Origin: Minisyncoccota bacterium
GTDB taxonomy: Bacteria > Patescibacteriota > Minisyncoccia > Moranbacterales > GCA-2747515
DNA length: 64,000 nucleotides
Direction of reading: 5' to 3'
Assembly: GCA_937936355.1 (NCBI GenBank)
Contig: CALDDM010000002.1
Span: forward strand, 93,173-157,172
Shown: positions 7,094-14,833 of the stretch, in pieces
Numbering within the stretch: position 1 is the stretch's first letter
How the letters are laid out: each line of letters opens with the position of its first letter
Program-made: the position numbers and the translations under genes
The notes under the pieces: generated by a model
Told to the model about the DNA's origin: nothing
The model's input: the letters and a program-made list of their open reading frames with translations, nothing else
Database searches by the model: none

Positions 7094-9964
7094 TTATTTT
7101 ACAAGGAATTTTTTGGTAGCTTTTGCTGTATTCTTAAGCTCATCAATAACTTCAACCTTAATTTCGAGTGTTGTTTTTCTTTGTTCTTCTGGTATTTTGT
7201 ATGTAAAATTATCAGCTCCAACTCTTGCTACCTCTTTTCCATTTACAGTGTATATAAATTTTTCAATTTTATAAGGCGCATCTTTTTTGGTTTTTATTTT
7301 AACCTCTGACCCCTTATTTTCTATCTCTATTGATATAGAGGGCTTTTGGTCTTTGAAATCGTCTGAGCGACACTCTCGTGGCTCTGGGGCGAATATTATA
7401 TCATCTTCATCATCATAAAAGTCTTCAACAGCATCTTCCCATTTATTGTAAAAGGAATCATTCTCCGGTTTTTTTGGTTCTTTCCCGCGAGGATCTTCTT
7501 TGTTGATGTAGTGAAGAATGTTATGCGCATCAAAAAATGATCGCTTTTTTTCCCTGTCTTCTGGGCAGTATTTGTTTGTTTTACAGTATTTTTGATCTTT
7601 CTTTGAGATTTCACATACTTTTATCTCGTCGGGTTCTTCGAGATCGCCATCAAGGATAGCTTTACCGGTTTTGTGTTCGTCTTTATTGTAAGCATCAAAT
7701 TTTTTACCAGAATCATCTGGAAAGGCTTCTAGGATAAAATCTCTAAAGATTGGAGCTGCAACATTTGCTCCAACACCTCGATCATTCATGGATCGGTTAT
7801 CATTATTTCCACCCCATACTCCAACTGCTATTTCAGGTGTATAACCCATTGTCCATGCATCCCGATTTTCATTTGTTGTCCCTGTTTTTGCTGCTACTGA
7901 TCTATCATTAAACGTTAGGGCACTTCGTTCTCCGAATGCTGGTATTCTATAATCATTTGTTGAGAGTATGTGTGAGATCATACTGGTATATTTAGGATCT
8001 ATGATCTGCTCACCCTTTTGCGCTTTTGAATTATTCTCTAATTCTTCACCGTTGCGATCACGGATCATGAGTATACCTTTTTTTTCATGTTGAATTCCAC
8101 CTGTTGCAAGGGTTCCAAAAGCTGCTGTATGATCAAGAAGTGTTACTTCACCACCACCTAACACAAGAGAGAGTCCATATCGATCTGGATCGTTAAGGGT
8201 GGTGATACCCATATTCCTAACGAGATTCAGTGTATCGTCTAATCCTACGAGATATAACGCTTTTACAGCAGGTATGTTAAGGGATTGAGCGAGTGCATCT
8301 TTTATCTTAACCGGACCTTGGAATTCCCCTGTGTAATTTTGTGGTATATAGTCTGGTGCTCTGTCAACAGGAAATTCTGTCTCTACGTCGTAGAGGATTG
8401 TTTCAGGTGTATACCCTTCTACGAAACTTTGTAGGAATACATATGGCTTAAAAGATGATCCTGGTTGTCTTTTAGCGAGTGCTACGTTAACTTGACCGTC
8501 AATTTGTTCGTCGAAATAGTTGCGAGATCCTACCATGGTTAGAATTTCACCTGTATCAGGATCAATTGCTACGAGACTTGCATTTTCTGCTCCGTAATTT
8601 ACTTCATTAGCAAGCGCTTTCTCTTGTACTATTTTTTCTGCAATTTGTTGTTTTTCCCAATCGAGTGTTGTTATGATTGTTAATCCGTTTTTTTCGAGGT
8701 ACTCAGCACCGTACTTTTCTTCAAGTTGGTCTCGTATGTAAAAGACAAAATGTGGTGCATTTATTTCTTCGCGGTTTTTTGCGATTTTCTTTAGGACATC
8801 TACATTCTTAAAGTCCTGGGATTGTTTTTGTGTTATAAATCCTAAATCAACCATCTCTGTCAGAGCTCTTTCTTGACGACCTTTGAGGATTTCTTGGTTA
8901 AGTCCGTATGGAGAATAGCGTGATGGTGCTTGAGGGAGGGAAGCGAGAATTGCAGCCTCATCATATGTTAAGTCTTTGGCGTCTTTATTGAAAAATGTCT
9001 TTGCAGCTGCTTGGATGCCATAAGCATTTGATCCATACGGTATTTCATTTAGGTAGAGTTCGAGAATTTCTTCTTTTGAAGCAGTGAATTCGAGTTCTAT
9101 TGCTAGAATAGCTTCCTTTATTTTTCTAGTGATGGATCTTTCAGAGGTGAGAATGGAATTTTTTATGAGTTGTTGTGTGATCGTTGAACCACCGCTCTTT
9201 ACACCTATACCAAAAATTTGTGACCGAACGGCTCTTAGGATTGCTTTGATTTTGATACCATGATGATTGTAGAAATCATGGTCTTCCAATGCTATTGTTG
9301 CATGACGGATCGTGTCAGGTATTTGATTACTTGGGATTATTGTCCTTTTTTCTTCTCCATGGATATTATAGAGTAGTATTTCACCAGTTCGATCATAGAT
9401 CTTCGTACTTTCTGCTACAAATCGTGAGTTCACCTTACCAACTTCAGGCAGGTCTTTTGAGAAGTATATGAAAACACCAACAAGGAAGATGCATCCAATG
9501 ATCATAAGAATGCAAAAAGCTTTTGCCATACGTAAAAGCCATTTTTTTACAGTACTATTATTTTTTTTACCTCCAGGGTGGTTTTTACCTCTTTTTCTTT
9601 GGAGATCTTGAGATGATGCTCTTTTTGTTTTTCTAAACCTCCCTTGTAACGCTGTGGATATATTTTCGCGTTTTGTGATCGTAAATTCTTGACCATGACG
9701 GAACGTCTTTTTTTCTGAGAAATGTTTTTGCGTACCTTCTATTACAGTATTCTTTGTGGGCGGTGTCTGAATTATATTTTTTTTAATACTTAATACTTTT
9801 TCTTTCGTTTTTTTTGTAAATACTGTTATTTTTTGTGTGGTTTGGTGTGCGCGTATTTTTCTTCCTATGCCTGCACAAAAATCCCCAAAGGCACCTTTTT
9901 GGTTTTGTGGATTACTTATCTCTATTTCAGTAGATCTTTTTTGTCTATAAGGATTAACTCTCAT
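7094..9964 (-). CDS. bifunctional class A penicillin-binding protein (transglycosylase/transpeptidase) with long basic N-terminal and C-terminal extensions
   Basis: GT51 motifs EDHDFYNHHGI, GGSTITQQL, RKIKE. Transpeptidase motifs SSFKP, SLN, KTGTT. TM helix AFCILMIIGCIFLVGVFIYF at about aa 150. AAGGAG lies just upstream of ATG 9964. Confidence 0.9.
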   Translation of the reverse strand: MRVNPYRQKRSTEIEISNPQNQKGAFGDFCAGIGRKIRAHQTTQKITVFTKKTKEKVLSIKKNIIQTPPTKNTVIEGTQKHFSEKKTFRHGQEFTITKRENISTALQGRFRKTKRASSQDLQRKRGKNHPGGKKNNSTVKKWLLRMAKAFCILMIIGCIFLVGVFIYFSKDLPEVGKVNSRFVAESTKIYDRTGEILLYNIHGEEKRTIIPSNQIPDTIRHATIALEDHDFYNHHGIKIKAILRAVRSQIFGIGVKSGGSTITQQLIKNSILTSERSITRKIKEAILAIELEFTASKEEILELYLNEIPYGSNAYGIQAAAKTFFNKDAKDLTYDEAAILASLPQAPSRYSPYGLNQEILKGRQERALTEMVDLGFITQKQSQDFKNVDVLKKIAKNREEINAPHFVFYIRDQLEEKYGAEYLEKNGLTIITTLDWEKQQIAEKIVQEKALANEVNYGAENASLVAIDPDTGEILTMVGSRNYFDEQIDGQVNVALAKRQPGSSFKPYVFLQSFVEGYTPETILYDVETEFPVDRAPDYIPQNYTGEFQGPVKIKDALAQSLNIPAVKALYLVGLDDTLNLVRNMGITTLNDPDRYGLSLVLGGGEVTLLDHTAAFGTLATGGIQHEKKGILMIRDRNGEELENNSKAQKGEQIIDPKYTSMISHILSTNDYRIPAFGERSALTFNDRSVAAKTGTTNENRDAWTMGYTPEIAVGVWGGNNDNRSMNDRGVGANVAAPIFRDFILEAFPDDSGKKFDAYNKDEHKTGKAILDGDLEEPDEIKVCEISKKDQKYCKTNKYCPEDREKKRSFFDAHNILHYINKEDPRGKEPKKPENDSFYNKWEDAVEDFYDDEDDIIFAPEPRECRSDDFKDQKPSISIEIENKGSEVKIKTKKDAPYKIEKFIYTVNGKEVARVGADNFTYKIPEEQRKTTLEIKVEVIDELKNTAKATKKFLVK

Positions 9965-10184
9965 AGTCTCCTTTTAGAGTTTACCTCTATGCATTGCTCA
10001 TTCTAGCGTGAATTTCTTGTTGCGTAAAATATACTACGCCTATAAGTGATGATAAATTTCGTTTATTGCGAAAAGTTCTTTTTTGTGATGATATACTTTC
10101 AAATTCTTTGATTTTTTTACGTGACGTCTTTCTTGTAAATATATGATTGTGATTTTTTAGGGATTGGGAGTTTTTTTACTCTCC

Positions 10185-11594
10185 TTATTTACTCACATCT
10201 ACGAGGAATTTGTATAGATTTCTTTTTCCAACGATCATAGGGTATTGCATACCCTCTCTGTCGACGATATTGACTTTTGCTACGATTCTTTTATTGTCAA
10301 TTACAAACGGAATTTTTATAAGTGGTCGGAAGCTTGATCCGCTGGAGGCAAAAACAGCCGAAACATCAACGAGATCTGGTATGTTGTCTCTGACCTCACT
10401 AAAGATTTTTTCTGCAACATTATCAGCGTTGTTACGTGATATTTCGTACTTTGAAAAGTCAATTTTTTGCCACTCGTCTACCAGGTGTTCATACCCGATT
10501 TTCTTAGCTAACTCTATATCAATAGATGTTGTGTATGCTCCTGTGTCTATTTTTGCTTTTACTTCCTCCTCAAGATCATTTTTTCCAATGAGTCGTACCT
10601 TCTCTACTGATCCAATAACTTTTTTACCTGACGTTTCTTCAAGTTCTTGTTCGATCTCACCACCAAAGAGGTTTTTTCCGACACGTACACCATGCTCAAC
10701 AGATTTAATTTTTAAACCTTCAACGCGCTCTAGACGTCTTTTTAGGCCGGCCATGTTGGCAACTTGAATCGATAGTCCTGGTCGTGCATTTATCTCAAGA
10801 AAGACTGGCCCTCTATCTCTATCGATTGCCACATCGGCACCAAGAAATCCTAGTCCAGATGCAATTTGAGATTTGACGGCAAGGTGTAACATTTCGTCCC
10901 AGTGTGGTATTTTGATTCCGCGTAATAATAGTCGCGATCCTGGGATGTATTCAATGAGTGTTGATTTACCTTGTACTGCTGTCGTTGTTGTGCCTGTTGC
11001 AAGATCTATGCCCACACCGATCCCACCCTGCTGTAGATTTGCTTTTCCATCAGACTCTTTTGTTGGCAGGCGAAGCATTGCCATGATGGGCACGCTGTTG
11101 TAGATAATGATTCGTATATCTGGAATTCCTTTATAGGAATATGGCTTGAGTTGACTTGCGAGCTTTAGTCTTTCCTCAAAAAAAGCTACGTCTGGTGACC
11201 CTGATAATGAAAAAGCACCATCTAGAATATTTCTGATATGCGATTTGATATCTTCTACGGTAACAGGTTTTCCACTCGATTTTACCCATACATTTTCAAG
11301 GCCTTTTTTTCTCCCAAAGACAATGAGGATTCCTGCTCCTCCAAGGCCATTGTTTGGCTTGAGAACAAAACTATTTGGGAGTGTGCTCCAATCAAAATTT
11401 TCAAGTGTCGAGAGAGACGAAATTTTTGCGATGAGATGGGGTACTGGCACACCATTGGATTTGAGCATTTTCTTTGAAATGATCTTGTCATCTGCTAAGA
11501 TGCGTGTACTTTTCAGATTGTTTGGTCTTATGTATGTGAGGTTTCTTGCATTCATGCCGAGAACCTTACTTCCTGCTTTAAAAAAATCTAACAT
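10185..11594 (-). CDS. RimK-related ATP-grasp ligase fused to a C-terminal retropepsin-like ('Zn_protease' family) domain
   Basis: 469 aa. The N-terminus LGMNARNLTYIRPNNLKSTRILADDKIISKKML plus ...FLEINARPGLSIQ matches the alpha-L-glutamate-ligase-related ATP-grasp pattern (recognised from memory). The C-terminal ~140 aa carry KIDTGAYTTSIDIELAKKIG ... YPMIVGKRNL, an aspartyl-protease-like DTGA signature. Confidence 0.7.
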   Translation of the reverse strand: MLDFFKAGSKVLGMNARNLTYIRPNNLKSTRILADDKIISKKMLKSNGVPVPHLIAKISSLSTLENFDWSTLPNSFVLKPNNGLGGAGILIVFGRKKGLENVWVKSSGKPVTVEDIKSHIRNILDGAFSLSGSPDVAFFEERLKLASQLKPYSYKGIPDIRIIIYNSVPIMAMLRLPTKESDGKANLQQGGIGVGIDLATGTTTTAVQGKSTLIEYIPGSRLLLRGIKIPHWDEMLHLAVKSQIASGLGFLGADVAIDRDRGPVFLEINARPGLSIQVANMAGLKRRLERVEGLKIKSVEHGVRVGKNLFGGEIEQELEETSGKKVIGSVEKVRLIGKNDLEEEVKAKIDTGAYTTSIDIELAKKIGYEHLVDEWQKIDFSKYEISRNNADNVAEKIFSEVRDNIPDLVDVSAVFASSGSSFRPLIKIPFVIDNKRIVAKVNIVDREGMQYPMIVGKRNLYKFLVDVSK

Positions 11595-11678
11595 AGATAA
11601 GTGACAAGTAATTATCGTGATGTGTGCATCTTAGGTGATGTTAGCTTCTTCTCACCTTAATCTGACAGCCTTTTTGTG

Positions 11679-12389
11679 TTACTGAATTTTTTTGAGCACA
11701 TCGCGAAAGCGTATATATTCAGCTGCTCGTAAACCTGTCCACTTTCCAAGGAATATATGGAATGGGATTAGTAATAAGATGCTATAGGGATTCCTTAGTA
11801 TAAAGCTGATAACGCTTTGTCCAATTTCTGTAGATGAGGAGAGTAATGCGAACCCTATTAGTGCGATAATTAATGTTTCAAGTGCAAGTATAATTGCTGC
11901 TCGTGATCCTTTTTCTATTTGTACCGATACAAATTTTTCTACTAATGTAATTATAATAAGAAGGGCGAAGAGCTCTGTATTTGCGAAGCCAATTTTTGAC
12001 ATCATACCACCAAGAGTTAGAAGTCCAAGAACGGAAAGTGTAACAACTGTGATGGTTATGGCAACACGTGGTAGATATAAAAGACGAAGTTTTTTGAGTG
12101 CAAACCGCATAAGCATTCCAACAACTATCACAACAACGTAGGTTGCTATTGCATATCTGAGACTTGCTATGTTGTCACGTGCTATTGCTATAAAGGCGAT
12201 TGTGATGATGGATGGTGTGTAAATGCCAAATGCTTGCATGCCAATTACTTGACGCAGTAACACAACAATCGTTGCAATTATTGGGAAAAGGAGCAGTATT
12301 GTAACAGTTTCTACAGGAACATTTTGAGAGGTAATAAAATCAATTAAGCAACTAATTTTTTCCCCGTCAAGTGTGCAAGTTTTTGACAT
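11679..12389 (-). CDS. 7TM membrane protein of the '7TM usually fused to inactive transglutaminase' type, here stand-alone
   Basis: 236 aa with about 7 hydrophobic helices. C-terminal GKWTGLRAAEYIRFRDVL resembles that family's ending. Lies directly upstream of, and on the same strand as, the ATP-grasp gene (84-nt gap). Confidence 0.6.
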   Translation of the reverse strand: MSKTCTLDGEKISCLIDFITSQNVPVETVTILLLFPIIATIVVLLRQVIGMQAFGIYTPSIITIAFIAIARDNIASLRYAIATYVVVIVVGMLMRFALKKLRLLYLPRVAITITVVTLSVLGLLTLGGMMSKIGFANTELFALLIIITLVEKFVSVQIEKGSRAAIILALETLIIALIGFALLSSSTEIGQSVISFILRNPYSILLLIPFHIFLGKWTGLRAAEYIRFRDVLKKIQ

Positions 12390-12523
12390 GTCTTGTGTAG
12401 TTAATGATTCTTTTCTTGTTTATTATATCACTCTCTATGAGGTGTGGTATTTTCTTGTATATCTAAATAGATCGATATTAAATCATGAAATGTGTATTTG
12501 CACAAGCTTTGCTTGTTGATGCT

Positions 12524-13033
12524 CTATTTTGTTTTTTCTGAGAATTTGTATGAATTTACGTGACACAACGCGACTGCAAGGGCATCTGCTGTATCATCTG
12601 GTTTTGGAACCTCTTTTAAGTTTAGAACTTTTGTGATCATTTGTTGCATTTGTATTTTGTCTGCACGTCCATAGCCTGTGAGTGATTGTTTGATTTGTAG
12701 TGGAGTGTAGCCTGTTATTTTTAGTCCGTTGCTGTGACATTTTTCAACTATTACACCTCGGGCTTGTGCTACGGTAATGATTGTTTTTTGATTTTTGAAA
12801 AAGAACAGCTCTTCGATCGCTGCTACATGAGGTTGGTGTGTCGCAATAATTTCGGCTAGATCTTGGGCTATTTCACTGAGGCGTATTTCGTCAGTGTCGT
12901 TTTTATTGGTTGTGATGTCTCCATAGGCAATTACTTGTACTTTTTTGTCTGATTTGCTCGTGTTTGTGTCCAAAATTGCCCAACCAATAATTGCTGTACC
13001 TGGATCAATTCCTAGAATTCTGTAATTTGCCAT
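12524..13033 (-). CDS. ruvC: Holliday junction resolvase RuvC
   Basis: 169 aa. ILGIDPGTAIIGWAIL carries the catalytic Asp; ...DDTADALAVALCH is the C-terminal acidic motif. Confidence 0.9.
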   Translation of the reverse strand: MANYRILGIDPGTAIIGWAILDTNTSKSDKKVQVIAYGDITTNKNDTDEIRLSEIAQDLAEIIATHQPHVAAIEELFFFKNQKTIITVAQARGVIVEKCHSNGLKITGYTPLQIKQSLTGYGRADKIQMQQMITKVLNLKEVPKPDDTADALAVALCHVNSYKFSEKTK

Positions 13034-13282
13034 AGAGTTTGGTTGATTGTTTATGTAGAGCTTTTTGCTTACATTTTTCGTTGTGATGCGTGACGATGCT
13101 TCCTGAGTCTATATGTCCTCTTTCCTTCACTTTTCGCATAGCTTATTGTTATCTCTCCCTTTTGTCTGCATCGCGCGCTTTTTTGATAGTTTTTATGATA
13201 ACTAGCTGACTTTACTTGATGGAATTTTGAGGTTACTTAGCATTATTTAGTATACCGTATTTTAGCGTGGTACAATTTTTAC

Positions 13283-14791
13283 ATGAAAAATATTATTAAA
13301 TTTAAGATAAAAAGAATCCTTATTCTTGTATGTGTTGTTTTTTTCTGTGTTGCAGCGTGGCATGTGTGGAAGCCTTTGCCGCAAGGTGTTTCAGTTGTCG
13401 GTGGTATTCATACACTAGAGAGTTCGCAGGTTCGTTTCTTGCGTGACCATACCTATGTTGATAGCTCTGGTGTTTCTGTGAAAAAGCAGGAAATTTTTGA
13501 TGAAGTTTTTTCGATTATAGACGATGCTCAGGATTTCATAGTAATTGATATGTTTTTATTTAACGATTTTCTTGGTCGATCAACATTTTCATATCGCGCA
13601 CTTTCAGGAGAGCTAGCACAGCGACTTATAGACAAGAAGATTGTCTCACCAGACATTACAATTATTTTTATCACCGACCCAATTAATCATGTTTATGGAG
13701 GAGATTCATCCACGCTAATCACTTCTTTGCGTACATTTGGTATAAATGTTGTAGAAACCGATTTGCGTCAATTACGGGATTCAAATCCTTTATATAGCGG
13801 TCTGTGGCGTAGTGTTTTTGCATGGTGGGGAAATAGTACCTCTGGTGGTTTTTTGCCTCACATTATGGATGCTCGTAGACCAAAAATTACCCTTCGTACA
13901 TATCTGCGACTTCTTAATTTTAAGGCGAATCATCGCAAAATTATGGTTGCAGGATCTGCAAGTAATACTGCAACAACACTTATTACGTCTGCTAATCCTC
14001 ATGATGGATCGAGTGCTCACAGTAATGTTGGACTTGTAGTTCTTGAAAAACGATCTTCATCTGGTTTATGGCAAGATGTCATTTTTTCTGAGCAAGCTGT
14101 TGCTGCTTTTAGTGACAGCGACGCTTTTGAGGCTTTGGATGTTTTCATGGAGCCTACTCAAGAGAATGTAGGGGATGACTCTTTAGGTGATGATCGCGTT
14201 ACACTACAACTTCTTACTGAGAAAAAAATTAAGCAAGTGCTACTTGAAGATATAAACCGATCTGGTGGGGGAGATGCTATCGATATGCTTATGTTTTACA
14301 TTTCAGACCGAGATGTAGTACGTGCTTTGGTGAGAGCTGCAAATCGTGGTGCAACTATTCGTCTTGTCTTTGATCCGAATAAAGATGCTTTTGGTCGTGA
14401 GAAAAATGGTATACCAAATCGACAAGTTGCACATGATCTTATAGAAAAAACAGATAATATTTCAGTTCGATGGTGTCTCACTAATGGGGAGCAGTGCCAT
14501 AGCAAAATTACACTTTTTACATACAATTCTGGAGAGCGCTTGTTACATGTAGGGAGTGCAAATCTCACACGTCGTAACATTGGCAATTATAATCTAGAGG
14601 CGAATATTGTCGTGCGTTCCCAAAGTGGTTCTAGCACAGCCATTACAGATGCTACAAACTTTTTTGAATCTGTCTGGACAAATAAGGATGGTAAATTTTC
14701 CTCTGTGGACTACGATGTGTATGCAGATGATAATCGTTTTCGCGTTATTCTCTACTCCATTATGGAAGCTACAGGTATGAGTAGCTTTTGA
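13283..14791 (+). CDS. phospholipase D / cardiolipin-synthase-like protein, N-terminal TM anchor
   Basis: Two HKD-like half-sites: NHRKIMVAG...ITSANP and CHSKITLFT...HVGSANLTRRN. TGGTACAAT extended -10 about 15 nt upstream of the ATG. Confidence 0.7.
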   Translation: MKNIIKFKIKRILILVCVVFFCVAAWHVWKPLPQGVSVVGGIHTLESSQVRFLRDHTYVDSSGVSVKKQEIFDEVFSIIDDAQDFIVIDMFLFNDFLGRSTFSYRALSGELAQRLIDKKIVSPDITIIFITDPINHVYGGDSSTLITSLRTFGINVVETDLRQLRDSNPLYSGLWRSVFAWWGNSTSGGFLPHIMDARRPKITLRTYLRLLNFKANHRKIMVAGSASNTATTLITSANPHDGSSAHSNVGLVVLEKRSSSGLWQDVIFSEQAVAAFSDSDAFEALDVFMEPTQENVGDDSLGDDRVTLQLLTEKKIKQVLLEDINRSGGGDAIDMLMFYISDRDVVRALVRAANRGATIRLVFDPNKDAFGREKNGIPNRQVAHDLIEKTDNISVRWCLTNGEQCHSKITLFTYNSGERLLHVGSANLTRRNIGNYNLEANIVVRSQSGSSTAITDATNFFESVWTNKDGKFSSVDYDVYADDNRFRVILYSIMEATGMSSF

Positions 14792-14833
14792 TTCGCTGAT
14801 TATGCATCTTGATGCATATCTCTCTGATTTTGC

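Noticed and set aside
10210-10767. 185-aa plus-strand ORF. Similar long antisense ORFs lie at 20906-21448, 25446-25805, 25912-26334, 36974-37456, 37586-38005, 44678-45055 and 54702-55142.
   Set aside because: All lie antisense to, or overlapping out of frame with, well-supported genes. They have low-complexity S/L/R/F-rich translations, so I treat them as shadow ORFs.
1-12400. Impression that the first ~12 kb are more AT-rich than 23-34 kb and 41-62 kb
   Set aside because: I cannot compute windowed GC reliably by eye. The difference may simply reflect membrane or low-complexity genes and the origin spacer. It needs a sliding-window GC and skew calculation before any claim can be made.
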